Source of the DNA: an uncultured Omnitrophica bacterium
Lineage (GTDB): Bacteria; Omnitrophota; Gorgyraeia; JACQQV01
Reading direction: 5' to 3'
DNA: 64,000 nucleotides
Assembly: GCA_947085655.1 (NCBI GenBank)
Contig: CAMTXH010000022.1
Location: forward strand, 2,556 to 66,555
The position numbers and the translations under genes are program-made. The notes below the pieces were generated by a model that ran no database searches, was not told the origin of the DNA, and worked only from the letters and a program-made list of their open reading frames with translations. Position 1 is the stretch's first letter. The number at the start of each line of letters is the position of its first letter. Shown here piece by piece: positions 15,298 through 25,145 of the stretch.

Positions 15298-15587
15298 CGG
15301 GATCGCTGAATCAATCCCTCTTTTTTCAGGTCGTTTAAAAAAGAAAAGATTTCTTTTTGAACCCGTGATTCGAGAGTGTCAAATTCTTCGGCGATGGTCT
15401 TCACAATTCCCTGGCAGAGTCTCTGGCCATCCAAGAGTTCCCAAACGCGGCTCCCGACCTCCTCCACAAAATAAAACGGGCGGGTTTTGACCTGCTTGGG
15501 ACTGGTGGGGAGGAGGATAGACTCCCCTTTGATCCTCCGGTAAACCACGTCGGGATTTCGTTTGAAACGGTCATTGGGCTGAACCAT
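15294..15587 (-). CDS. PqqD-family RiPP recognition element (RRE)
   Basis: 97 aa: NPDVVYRRIKGESILL...VGSRVWELLDG...IAEEFD...FLNDLKKEGLI; AGGAGG SD. Confidence 0.9.
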   Translation of the reverse strand: MVQPNDRFKRNPDVVYRRIKGESILLPTSPKQVKTRPFYFVEEVGSRVWELLDGQRLCQGIVKTIAEEFDTLESRVQKEIFSFLNDLKKEGLIQRSR

Positions 15588-15621
15588 CTTACCTCCTTCT
15601 GATTTTCTGTCCCCCGTCTCC

Positions 15622-15650
15622 TTGACGACCTCTCACGCCTCTGTTAAACT
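15622..15650 (+). promoter_or_regulatory. Sigma70 promoter (leaderless transcript)
   Basis: TTGACG-17 bp-TAAACT with TGn, 7 bp before the in-frame GTG at 15658. Confidence 0.65.
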
Positions 15651-15657
15651 GAATGGA

Positions 15658-17199
15658 GTGAAAAGACCCTTCCTCCTTTTTGTTCCGATCCTTCTCCTCG
15701 CCGTCTTCCTTCAATTCTTCCAGTTGGGAGAAAGGAGTCTCTGGGAAGACGAGGCCCAAGTCGCCTTAAAAGGGGAGTGGGACACCATTACGATCCTCGA
15801 CTACCAGAAAAATTTCCTTTTCAATATTATCTTATCAACTTGGACTCGCCTTGGCAAGAGCGAAGCTTGGCTACGAATTCCGTCGGTGCTCTTTGCCCTC
15901 TTTTCCCTGATCGCCTTCTACGAAGTCGGAAGGCGCCTCTTTTCTGAAAAAACGGCGCAAGTGGCCGTTCTCCTTCTTGCCCTCTCTCCCTTTTTCCTCC
16001 TTGAATCCCGGCAGGTCAAGATGTACAGTCTCGCCCTTCTATGTTCCCTCCTCAGTTTTTATTTCCTCCTTCTTTATCTGGAGAAAGGCCGCAGCGGAAC
16101 GCTCCTCGCCCATATCGGCATCTCCCTCATGGCCCTCTTCACTCATTACATGTTTTTCTTTTTTCTGCCCCTTGAACTCCTCTGGCTCTGGATCGCCACA
16201 AAAAAGAGGCGGGCTCTCTTAAAACGTTACCTCCTCGCCTGGTTTTTTCCCCTTCTTCTTTTCCTGGCGTCCATCAAACCTTTTTGGCGTCATTTGGAAA
16301 GTTTTTACTCGCTCTATCTCGATTCCGGCACCCCGATTTTGTTTACATTCCCTTTCGGGGCGGCCGGGAGAGCGGCCTTTCTCTATTATCTCTTGACAGT
16401 AGGGCCGACCTTCTTTCCGTGGAACTACGTCTGGGCCGGCGCCGGATGCCTTCTTCCGCTTATTGTCTTTTTTCAAATCTTCAGAAAACCGAGGCAGTGG
16501 CCTTTCCTGTGGATATTCCTTGCTTTCGTGTTTCCCGTTCTCCTCCTGTCTTTATTCCGGAATATGCAACCCCGGCACCTGTTCATCGCCCTCCCCTTTT
16601 ACGCTCTCGCCTTGAGCGCCGGGCTTTCGCAGCTTCGACCCCTGATAAGGGCCCTTGCCCTTTCGGGCATCCTTCTTATTCAAACAGTCGGCGTGGCCAA
16701 CTATTTTACCGGCCGTCAGTATATCTTCATCGCTCATCTGGAACCCTACCGTGAAATTGTTGACCTCGTCCAAAAAAACTTTCTACCGGGAGACCTTCTT
16801 TTTTATTCCCAGGACATCCCCTCCTTTGAGTTTTACTTCTACAAGTATTTTGAAAAAAAAGGGCCGAGGCGGAGACTTCACTGGATTGACAAGGAGGAGA
16901 GAATCCGGCGGTGGCGCCTGGAAGACCTGAATCAAAAAGTTCTCAAGGGAGTCAAGCGGATCTGGTTCATTGAAAGGCCACCCGGTCAAACGGTGGCAAC
17001 CATTCCTCTCTCAGATCCCGAGGCCCTCTACCGGGAAAATCTTGCGTTCAGGGCCATCCTGGACGGACGTTTCAAGCGGCTCGGTCGGTGGGGTTTTCTG
17101 AAGGATCCCGACATCCGGAAAAAGGAGAAATTCCTCAAGAAATTCTATCTGGAAGAGAGGATTACCGTCTCCCTCTACGACGTGACCGCCCCGCCATAG
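15658..17199 (+). CDS. GT-C fold membrane glycosyltransferase (PMT/ArnT-like)
   Basis: SLWEDE motif, LRIPS, ESRQVKMY, many TM helices. Confidence 0.8.
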   Translation: MKRPFLLFVPILLLAVFLQFFQLGERSLWEDEAQVALKGEWDTITILDYQKNFLFNIILSTWTRLGKSEAWLRIPSVLFALFSLIAFYEVGRRLFSEKTAQVAVLLLALSPFFLLESRQVKMYSLALLCSLLSFYFLLLYLEKGRSGTLLAHIGISLMALFTHYMFFFFLPLELLWLWIATKKRRALLKRYLLAWFFPLLLFLASIKPFWRHLESFYSLYLDSGTPILFTFPFGAAGRAAFLYYLLTVGPTFFPWNYVWAGAGCLLPLIVFFQIFRKPRQWPFLWIFLAFVFPVLLLSLFRNMQPRHLFIALPFYALALSAGLSQLRPLIRALALSGILLIQTVGVANYFTGRQYIFIAHLEPYREIVDLVQKNFLPGDLLFYSQDIPSFEFYFYKYFEKKGPRRRLHWIDKEERIRRWRLEDLNQKVLKGVKRIWFIERPPGQTVATIPLSDPEALYRENLAFRAILDGRFKRLGRWGFLKDPDIRKKEKFLKKFYLEERITVSLYDVTAPP

Positions 17200-17204
17200 A
17201 AACA

Positions 17205-19094
17205 CTACGTCCCTTTTTCCGCCTTCTCCCCTTCGGGATAATACTTCCGGTAGCGGTAGTAATACGAAGAGCTCGGTTCCACTTCTATCGCCCGAATGTC
17301 GTTAAAGACCACCCCCAGAAGTTTTGCCTGGGCCGTGTCCAGCTGGGTCTTGGCCCGCTTGAGGGCATTCCGGGCCGTCCGTCCGGATTGGTATACGAGG
17401 ACAATTCCGTCCAGCTTTGGGGCAAGGATCAGGGTGTCGGTGACCGGAAGAACCGGGGGGCAATCGAAAATCAAAAAGTCAAATTGCGTTCTCAACGTCC
17501 GGATCAGTTCCTCCATCTCATGAGAAGCAAGAAGTTCGGGCGGGTTCGGAGGAAGATGTCCGGAGGTCATGAAATTGAGATAGCCGAGATGGGGGCTTTT
17601 CAAAGCCTCCTGCCATTTGACGTCGGCGACCAGAAGGTCTGATACGTTTTTGAGCGCCTGCTCATAAGAGACCGTTTTGGTCAGCACTTCAAAGAGTCCC
17701 GGTGTCCGTTCAAGGCCGAAGATTTCGTGAATCATGGGACGACGGAAGTCCACGTCGATCAGGAGGGTCTTTTTCCCCATTTGGGCGGAGGCGACCGCCA
17801 GATTCGCGCAGGTCAATGTCTTTCCCTCCCGGGGACCCGTGCTGGAGAGGGCAATGGCGAGCTGCTGCTTCTGGGGAAGGACCGAATAGATGGAAGTCCG
17901 GAGGGTATGGTACGATTCCGCCTCCGGAGAGCGGGGATCAAACTGGGTAACGAGTCGATACCGGGTCTCAGTCAATTTTTTTTCCTCACCCCCGATTCTC
18001 GGAAAAAGGGAAAACCGTTTTTTCTCCGCGGTATCGACCATATGGGGGATCATTCCCAACACCCCCACCCCCAGAAATGATTCGATATCTTCCACCACAC
18101 CGATGGAGGTATCCAGCGCCTCCTTAAAAAACGCGGCGATAAATCCGAGGAGAAGTCCCGAGCAGATTGCCAATACCATGCTCACCTTCTGATCTGTCTG
18201 TAGAGAAATGGAAGGAGGGGAGGCGTGTTCAAGGATGCGGACATTTCCTACATTTCCCGACTCCTCAATCCGCGACTCATTATACTTCTGCTTGAGCTGT
18301 GACACCAGATCTTGATTATCCCGGCGTTCCTTGGTAAGCCGAGAGGAAGTCAGCTCTTCCTCCGGGAGTTGTTTGAGTTTTTCCCCTGCAGAGGCAATTT
18401 GCTGGTTCAACCGCTCCACCTCCGGATGCTTTTCCGTGGCCCGGGCCAAGAGGTCTTCCCGTTTAAGCTCAAGGGCCATGACCGAACTCCTGATGTCTGC
18501 CACCTGATCCGCAAGGGGAGATCCTTCTTTAAACTGCCTCAACGCCTCTTCCGACTTGAACAAACGTTCTTCGGCTTTTTTCAATTCCTCCTCGATAAAG
18601 ACACGGACCGCTCTTTTTTCGCGGCCGGTCTCTTCAAGGTTGTACGCCACGTAGGCCTTGGCAACCGCATCCGCAATCGGTTTAGTCTCCTCGGCATTCG
18701 GACCGGTAACCGTGATTCGAATCACATTGGTATCCCCAATCTGAAGTGCGCTGACTTTTCTCTGAATTCCATGAACAATGTCTTCCCGTTCGAGGAGATC
18801 CGTGACCCCTCCCAGCCGGCCCAGCGCCTCAGCCGCCTTTTCCGCCACCGGGAAACTTTTGATGATTTCCAGCTGCGACTGGATCAGGTTCCCCAAAGCA
18901 TACGCATACCCCTCCCCGATGACCGGGACTCGCTGGATGAATTTGACTTTGAGATTGGATTGGTAGACCGGCTTCTGAGAAGAAATGAAATAATAGGAAA
19001 TCCCGATCACCATGCAGAAGATGATGAAGATGGTCACCTTCCGCTTCCGGAAAATCCGGTAATAATCCCGCAGATTCAGTTCATATTCTGCCAT
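17205..19094 (-). CDS. Wzc-like polysaccharide co-polymerase / tyrosine autokinase
   Basis: Wzz N-domain, Walker A STGPREGKT, DVDFRRP, FDCPP, C-terminal YYYRYRKYY cluster. Confidence 0.92.
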   Translation of the reverse strand: MAEYELNLRDYYRIFRKRKVTIFIIFCMVIGISYYFISSQKPVYQSNLKVKFIQRVPVIGEGYAYALGNLIQSQLEIIKSFPVAEKAAEALGRLGGVTDLLEREDIVHGIQRKVSALQIGDTNVIRITVTGPNAEETKPIADAVAKAYVAYNLEETGREKRAVRVFIEEELKKAEERLFKSEEALRQFKEGSPLADQVADIRSSVMALELKREDLLARATEKHPEVERLNQQIASAGEKLKQLPEEELTSSRLTKERRDNQDLVSQLKQKYNESRIEESGNVGNVRILEHASPPSISLQTDQKVSMVLAICSGLLLGFIAAFFKEALDTSIGVVEDIESFLGVGVLGMIPHMVDTAEKKRFSLFPRIGGEEKKLTETRYRLVTQFDPRSPEAESYHTLRTSIYSVLPQKQQLAIALSSTGPREGKTLTCANLAVASAQMGKKTLLIDVDFRRPMIHEIFGLERTPGLFEVLTKTVSYEQALKNVSDLLVADVKWQEALKSPHLGYLNFMTSGHLPPNPPELLASHEMEELIRTLRTQFDFLIFDCPPVLPVTDTLILAPKLDGIVLVYQSGRTARNALKRAKTQLDTAQAKLLGVVFNDIRAIEVEPSSSYYYRYRKYYPEGEKAEKGT

Positions 19095-19096
19095 TT

Positions 19097-20146
19097 TTAC
19101 TCCTGAGTGATTTCGGAAACGTCAACGGGTCTTTTGATGTGTACGAGCGGTTCCTGCGCCAGGTCAATCCGCTTGATCTCCGAGAGGCGGTTTCCGCTTC
19201 CGTCCAGATAGATGTCGAGGACTGGAAGAAGCGGAAAGTTTTTGTTGACCTTCACCACCCGGCCGATTTCCTTGGTGTTCAACTGCACATAACTTCCGAT
19301 CGGGTAAATGGAGAGCTCCCGAACCAAAGCCTTCAGAATCTGGATGAGACTCGCCTTGAATTGGCTCCCCATGGAATAGGCAATTAACTTCATCGCCTCA
19401 TCCGGCGCGTGCCGTTTCCGGTAAGGGGGGGAGTGGGTTAAGGCTTCATAAACATCCGCGATGGCGATGATCCCCCCGAATTCGGTCACCTGGTCCTCCC
19501 GGAGCCCCCTGGGATAGCTGGTACCGTCCAGCCGCTCATGCTGGTGGGAAATCGCATCCAGAATCACCCGGTCCAAATCTTTCATATTCTCGAGAACCTG
19601 AACGGTATAGATGGGGTGTTTTTTGACAATCTCCATCTCTTCATCGGAGAGAGAAGCCGCCTTTTCCGTGAGCGCTTTCGGAACCTTCGCCATTCCAAGG
19701 TCATGCACCAACGCGGCTAGACCCAGTTGTCGGAGTTCCCCGTCGTTCAAACGGAGGCCCATCCCGACCTTGATGGAAAAAATCGATACATTGACACTGT
19801 GGGGATAAAGATAGTCTTCTTCCGACCAAGAAAATGTCAAGGTCAGAAGGGATTCTCCCCCCATTTTCAAAACGGAGATGATCCGATCGATCACTTCCTG
19901 ACCTCCGGCAAGGTCCGGGATAGGTCCTTTCTCCGCTTCTTCGAATTTTTTCCGGATCCAGTTCAGCGCCTCCTGATAGAGGGCCACCTCGCCTGTCTGC
20001 ATTGGAGAGGGCAGGATCTTCTGAGAAATGGCAGGACTCGGAGGAAGCGAAAAAGGGGGAGCGATCTCGGGGGTCGCTTGCTCCTCTTTCGGCGGTGGGG
20101 CCTTTGGATTGCCGTCGGGTCCCAAGACATCCGAAAGCCGGACCAT
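19097..20146 (-). CDS. HD-GYP-like domain protein (degenerate motifs)
   Basis: HSVNV, HDLG, KKHP, HQHERLDGTSYP, IADVYEAL. Confidence 0.85.
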   Translation of the reverse strand: MVRLSDVLGPDGNPKAPPPKEEQATPEIAPPFSLPPSPAISQKILPSPMQTGEVALYQEALNWIRKKFEEAEKGPIPDLAGGQEVIDRIISVLKMGGESLLTLTFSWSEEDYLYPHSVNVSIFSIKVGMGLRLNDGELRQLGLAALVHDLGMAKVPKALTEKAASLSDEEMEIVKKHPIYTVQVLENMKDLDRVILDAISHQHERLDGTSYPRGLREDQVTEFGGIIAIADVYEALTHSPPYRKRHAPDEAMKLIAYSMGSQFKASLIQILKALVRELSIYPIGSYVQLNTKEIGRVVKVNKNFPLLPVLDIYLDGSGNRLSEIKRIDLAQEPLVHIKRPVDVSEITQE

Positions 20147-20952
20147 CAGCCCTCTCCCTCGATGCTGGCCATCGCCTCTTCAACGATCTTGTTCGTCACC
20201 TCGTTGGCATGGTGGACATACCCTGTAAAAAGACTCATGTCACAAATTTGATTGATCCGGCGGGGAATCCCGCCCGTCGCCTGTGTGATCACCCGCAATG
20301 CCTCTTTGGTAAAGAGGGGTTCCTTCCGTCCCGCCACTTGAAGGCGACGGCTGATATAACCCTCGGTCTCCTCGGTGGTCAGAGGTCCCAGATGAAAGCG
20401 CATGGCGATCCGCTGGGCAAAGGCCTTGTTCATCGCCACCTGCTCCCGGAGTTCCGGCTGCCCAATCAAAAAAAGGGTGACCATGAATTTATCCTCCAAC
20501 TGGAAATTGAGGAGAAGACGGATCTCCTCGAAAATATCCGGGTTTTGAATCACATGGGCTTCGTCGATAATCACGACCGTTTCCCGGCCGTCCCGGAGAT
20601 TGTTCGCCAGGATCTCCTGCATCTGAAAAAGGACATCGCTTTTATGAAGCGGCGGATTCGTAACGCCGAGCCCGTACAGAATCATCCGGAGCATTTCAAG
20701 GGGATCGAGGCGCGGGTTGGTGATATAGGCGATCCGGTGTCCCGACTGTTGCAGTCCCCGGATGACCGCTCGGGTGAGAAGGGTCTTGCCGCACCCGAAA
20801 ACGCCCGTCATCATTCCGGCCCCTTTTCGGGTCTTCACCACATAATAGAGCCGCGTCAACCCTTCTTCATGCTGTTTGGAGAGATACAAAAAACGGGGAT
20901 CCGGCGTATTTTCAAACGGCGGCTCTGTCAGTCCCCAATGCGCTTCATACAT
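20146..20952 (-). CDS. ExeA/GspA-family AAA ATPase
   Basis: MYEAHWGLTEPPFENTPDPRF, GVFGCGKT, IIDEAH, LIGQPEL, GIPRRIN. Confidence 0.9.
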   Translation of the reverse strand: MYEAHWGLTEPPFENTPDPRFLYLSKQHEEGLTRLYYVVKTRKGAGMMTGVFGCGKTLLTRAVIRGLQQSGHRIAYITNPRLDPLEMLRMILYGLGVTNPPLHKSDVLFQMQEILANNLRDGRETVVIIDEAHVIQNPDIFEEIRLLLNFQLEDKFMVTLFLIGQPELREQVAMNKAFAQRIAMRFHLGPLTTEETEGYISRRLQVAGRKEPLFTKEALRVITQATGGIPRRINQICDMSLFTGYVHHANEVTNKIVEEAMASIEGEG

Positions 20953-20957
20953 GGCCG

Positions 20958-21770
20958 TTACCCAATGATATCCTCTCCCCCGTCCACACCGATGACATTG
21001 CCGGTGACCCAATACGTTTCTTCCAGGCAAAGCACACTCACCGCTTGCGCTACATCCTTCGGTCTTGTGATCCGACCCATCGGATTGCGCGCCTTGGCGA
21101 TTTCAAGCATCTTGTCGCTTCCCGGAATCTTCCTGAGGGCCGGTGTATCAGTCACCCCTGCCCGGACACAGTTGGCGGTAATCCCAAGGGGTGCGAGTTC
21201 CAGTGCCAACTGCCGGATGTGCGATTCGAGCGCCGCCTTGGCTGCGGAGACCGCCCCGTAGGTCGGCCAGACCCGTGTCCCGCCGGAAGAAGTCATTGCA
21301 AAAATCCGGCTCCCCTTTCCGAGGAGTTTCCGCTCAACCATCTCCTGAACCCAATAGACAAGACTGTGCGCCATCACATCCACGGTCATCTCCATCTGCG
21401 GCTGGGTGAGGGCGCCGTTTTCCCCTTCGGCAAAATAGGGCTTTAATGTCCCGAAGGCGAGTGAGTGAAAAAAAACCCGGACATAAGGGGTGCGGGCTCC
21501 TTTCAACCTCTCCTGAACCGCATCAAGAACCTCTTTTCGCTTCTCAGGGTCTGCAGCGTTCACGTTGAAGAAAAGGGCCTTCCGCCCCTTGGTTTGGATC
21601 TCCTTGACAATCCGCTCCGCGTTCTCGAGAGTCTGCTTCCGGTCAAAATGGACACCGAAAATATCCATGCCCCTGCCTGAAAGCTCCAGGGCAAGGGCCT
21701 CTCCGAAGCCGCTGGAGGCCCCCAGAATCAGGGCCCATTCGTCTTGGTATTGGGGGGGCTTTAATGTCAT
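20958..21770 (-). CDS. SDR enoyl-ACP reductase (FabL-like)
   Basis: GASSGFG, Y-x6-K motif (YGAVSAAK); follows the fab cluster. Confidence 0.75.
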   Translation of the reverse strand: MTLKPPQYQDEWALILGASSGFGEALALELSGRGMDIFGVHFDRKQTLENAERIVKEIQTKGRKALFFNVNAADPEKRKEVLDAVQERLKGARTPYVRVFFHSLAFGTLKPYFAEGENGALTQPQMEMTVDVMAHSLVYWVQEMVERKLLGKGSRIFAMTSSGGTRVWPTYGAVSAAKAALESHIRQLALELAPLGITANCVRAGVTDTPALRKIPGSDKMLEIAKARNPMGRITRPKDVAQAVSVLCLEETYWVTGNVIGVDGGEDIIG

Positions 21771-21831
21771 CCCTTCTCCTTTTTCCAGAGGATTTCCTTA
21801 ACCCAAATCCGAATAATATGTTACCACAATG

Positions 21832-21860
21832 ATTATACACCATTAAGACAAAAATGTCAA
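21832..21860 (-). promoter_or_regulatory. Consensus sigma70 promoter
   Basis: TTGACA-17 bp-TATAAT. Confidence 0.8.
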
Positions 21861-21908
21861 CGATTTTGATTCTGGGGTGAAACAAAGAAATAAAGGAGGG
21901 AAAAGGGA

Positions 21909-23141
21909 CTAAACCCGCTTGAAGAGGAGTGTGGCGTTGTGGCCGCCGAAGCCGAAGGAGTTGGAAAGGACAAGGTCCACCTTGGCCTTCCGGGCCTTAT
22001 TCGGAACATAATCAAGGTCACAGTCCGGGTCCGGATGTTCATAGTTGATGGTTGGGTGGATAATCCCATCCCGAATCGTCAAAGCGCAGACCGCCGCCTC
22101 CACCCCTCCAGCAGCGCCCAAGGTATGTCCGGTCATGGACTTGGTGGAACTGATCGGAACTTTTTTTGCATGGTCTCCAAATACCTGCTTGATCGCCATT
22201 GTCTCGATCTTGTCATTGAGGGGGGTGGAGGTTCCGTGGGCATTGATATAATCGACCTCCTGAGGGGAAACTTTAGCACGGTTTAAGGCCTCCCGCATTG
22301 CCGAGGCAGCACCCATCCCATCCTCGGGAGGTGCGGTCATATGATACGCATCACCGGTCATCCCGTAGCCGACGATCTCACAGTAAATAGGGGCGCCCCG
22401 TTTCTTGGCCCGTTCATACGCTTCAAGAATCACAATCCCGGCTCCCTCCCCCATCACGAATCCGTCCCGTTCCTTGTCAAAAGGGCGGGAGGCCTTCTCC
22501 GGTGCATCATTCCGGGTGGAAAGCGCCTTCATGGCGCAAAAACCGCCGATCCCCATCGGGGTGATGCAACTTTCGGTCCCCCCCGCCACCATCACATCTG
22601 CATCCCCGCGCTGGATGATCTGATAAGCATCCCCGACCGCATGAGTCCCGGAAGCGCAGGCGGTCGCCACACAGGAATTTGGGCCCTTCAGACCCAGACT
22701 GATGGAGACCTGTCCAGGAGCCATGTTGACAATCAGCATCGGAATGAGAAAAGGGGAGATTTTTTTCGGCCCTTTCTCCAGAAGGACTTTGTGCTGTTCT
22801 TCGATAATATGGAGACTTCCGATGCCGGAGCCGAGGAGGACCCCGATCCGGGAGACATCTTCCTTGGAAAGGTCAAGTCCCGAATCCTGAACCGCCATCT
22901 TCGCCGCACAGACGGCAAACTGGACAAAGCGCTCCATCCGCCTCTGTTCCTTCGGAGAAATATCCGGGGAAGGGTCGAAATTCTTTGATTCTCCCGCAAT
23001 CCGGGACTCGAAGGAAGAGGCATCGAAGGAAGTCAAGGGGCCGATGCCGCTTTTTCCTTCAACGAGCGACTTCCAGAAACCCTGAACGGTGTTTCCGACG
23101 GGAGAGATAATGCCTAACCCCGTCACCACCACGCGATTCAT
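21909..23141 (-). CDS. fabF: 3-oxoacyl-ACP synthase II
   Basis: [31 protein letters not shown]. Confidence 0.97.
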   Translation of the reverse strand: MNRVVVTGLGIISPVGNTVQGFWKSLVEGKSGIGPLTSFDASSFESRIAGESKNFDPSPDISPKEQRRMERFVQFAVCAAKMAVQDSGLDLSKEDVSRIGVLLGSGIGSLHIIEEQHKVLLEKGPKKISPFLIPMLIVNMAPGQVSISLGLKGPNSCVATACASGTHAVGDAYQIIQRGDADVMVAGGTESCITPMGIGGFCAMKALSTRNDAPEKASRPFDKERDGFVMGEGAGIVILEAYERAKKRGAPIYCEIVGYGMTGDAYHMTAPPEDGMGAASAMREALNRAKVSPQEVDYINAHGTSTPLNDKIETMAIKQVFGDHAKKVPISSTKSMTGHTLGAAGGVEAAVCALTIRDGIIHPTINYEHPDPDCDLDYVPNKARKAKVDLVLSNSFGFGGHNATLLFKRV

Positions 23142-23162
23142 GCTTCGAACCTCCCGAATTAT

Positions 23163-23197
23163 TTGAAAGGGCGTACCAGCAAATGCCGATACGCCCT
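23163..23197 (-). terminator. Hairpin or weak terminator after acpP
   Basis: AGGGCGTA...TACGCCCT stem with a short T run. Confidence 0.45.
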
Positions 23198-23225
23198 ATC
23201 GTATGACCAGATTTTTTAAATCGTC

Positions 23226-23465
23226 TTAACTACCTGTCGTTTTTTTCTCGATATACTTAACGGCATCATCAACCGTGATAATCTTCTCCGCATCCTCATC
23301 CGGAATCTCAATGCCGAATTCCTCTTCCAAAGCCATGACCAGTTCCACCGTATCCAAGGAATCCGCCCCCAGATCATTCACAAAGGATGCGCTCGGCACC
23401 ACCTCTTCCGGTTTTGCGCCCAGTTGCTCTACAATGATGGATTTGACCTTTTCTGCAGTGGACAT
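23226..23465 (-). CDS. acpP: Acyl carrier protein
   Basis: [20 protein letters not shown]. Confidence 0.98.
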   Translation of the reverse strand: MSTAEKVKSIIVEQLGAKPEEVVPSASFVNDLGADSLDTVELVMALEEEFGIEIPDEDAEKIITVDDAVKYIEKKTTGS

Positions 23466-23496
23466 CCTTCTTTTCCTCCCTTAAGTTGATTTTCTT

Positions 23497-24237
23497 TTAG
23501 GAAGTAACCATTCCCCCGTCGATCCGGATGACCTGACCGGTTAAATAACCGGACTCCTCCGAAACCAGAAAACGGACCAGCTCCGCGACCTCCCCTGCCT
23601 TTCCAAAGCGGCCGAGCGGAATCTCTGAAAGCATCTTTTCCTTCACCGACTCTGGAAGGGCCCCGGTCATGTCCGTTTCGATAAACCCTGGGGCAACCGC
23701 ATTACAGGTAATGCCTCGGGAGGCGAGCTCGCGGGCCACTGTTTTGGTTAAACCGATGAGGCCTGCCTTCGACGCCACATAGGCCGCCTGACCCGCATTC
23801 CCCCTGATCCCAACCACCGATGCGATATTCACGATCCGGCCGGCTCGTGCCCGGATCATCTCCTTGGCAACAAGCCGCGTCACCAAAAAAGCACCGGTCA
23901 AATTGGTTGCCAGCACCCGCTCCCAGTCCGATGGTCTCATCTGGATCAGAAGACTGTCGGAGGTGATGCCGGCATTGTTGACAAGTATATCAACCTTCCC
24001 AAATTTGTCAAGGGTTTTCTCCACAAGGGCTTCCACCTGTTTGGCATCAGAAACATCGGTCTTGGAAAGGAGAAAAGAGGCCTCCCCCTTCCCCATCTCT
24101 TCCTGGAGATGCTTGAGGGCTTCTTCGTTCCGGCCGCAGAGGGAGAGGGCGATTCCATCTTGGGCCAGCCGCTTGGCAATGGCAAGGCCGATTCCCCGGG
24201 TGGCCCCGGTGATGATAGCAACCCGCTTTTCGATCAT
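23497..24237 (-). CDS. fabG: 3-oxoacyl-ACP reductase
   Basis: TGATRGIG, NNAGIT, YVASK. Confidence 0.95.
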   Translation of the reverse strand: MIEKRVAIITGATRGIGLAIAKRLAQDGIALSLCGRNEEALKHLQEEMGKGEASFLLSKTDVSDAKQVEALVEKTLDKFGKVDILVNNAGITSDSLLIQMRPSDWERVLATNLTGAFLVTRLVAKEMIRARAGRIVNIASVVGIRGNAGQAAYVASKAGLIGLTKTVARELASRGITCNAVAPGFIETDMTGALPESVKEKMLSEIPLGRFGKAGEVAELVRFLVSEESGYLTGQVIRIDGGMVTS

Positions 24238-25145
24238 GCCTCGATCTCCTGGGGGGATTCCAAATGAAAAACCTCTGTACCAGGATCAATCTTCCGGATC
24301 AGGCCGTTCAGAACCTTTCCCGGCCCGATTTCGGCAAATTGACGGATCCCCTTCCTCAAAAGAAAGCGGATGGACTCCTCCCAGAGGACCGGTTCGCTGA
24401 CCTGTCTCACCAGATTTTCACGGATTTTGTCAGGATCCTCCTCCTTTTGTGCGGTAACATTACTGATAAAGGGGATCTTCGGCTTTTTAAAAGGGAGGGT
24501 CGTGAGAGTCTTGGCCAGCTTCTCCCCCGCCCCCCTCATAAAGCGGGAATGAAAAGGGCCGCTCACGTCCAGCCGGATCGCCCGCCTGGCACCCGCTTCC
24601 TTCGCCAACTCGGTGATCCGGTCGATGTCTGAAAGGCGGCCGGAGACCACAATCTGACCGGGGCAGTTCAGGTTCGCCACTTCGGTGCCGCTTTTTTCGC
24701 ATAACGCTTTCACCTTGTCAAGTGAAAGTCCAAAGATGGCTGCAAGCGTTCCTGGGGTGGCGTTTGAGGCCTCTTCCATCAACCGGCCCCTCTCCCGAAC
24801 CGCCGCAAGGGCCGGTTCAAAGGAGAGAACACCTGCTGCCACCAAAGCGGTGTATTCCCCGAGACTCAAACCGCATGCCGCTTTCGGCTGATACCGGTCC
24901 CGCATCCGTTCGGAAAGAAAAAAAAGGGAGGCGATACTGGTCACAAAGATGGCCGGCTGGCTGTATTGGGTCCGGGTGAGTGTCTCTTGAGGGCCTTCAA
25001 AACAGAGTCGGGCAAGATCCATTTCCAAAAGGGCGTTCGCCTTTTCAAAGATTTCCCGCGCCTTCGGGAAACTTTCGTAGAGGACCCTCCCCATTCCCAC
25101 ATACTGGGCCCCCTGTCCGGGAAAAACAAAAGCGCAGGTCACCAT
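24234..25145 (-). CDS. fabD: Malonyl CoA-ACP transacylase
   Basis: FPGQGAQ, GLSLGEY, VSGPFHS. Confidence 0.96.
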   Translation of the reverse strand: MVTCAFVFPGQGAQYVGMGRVLYESFPKAREIFEKANALLEMDLARLCFEGPQETLTRTQYSQPAIFVTSIASLFFLSERMRDRYQPKAACGLSLGEYTALVAAGVLSFEPALAAVRERGRLMEEASNATPGTLAAIFGLSLDKVKALCEKSGTEVANLNCPGQIVVSGRLSDIDRITELAKEAGARRAIRLDVSGPFHSRFMRGAGEKLAKTLTTLPFKKPKIPFISNVTAQKEEDPDKIRENLVRQVSEPVLWEESIRFLLRKGIRQFAEIGPGKVLNGLIRKIDPGTEVFHLESPQEIEA

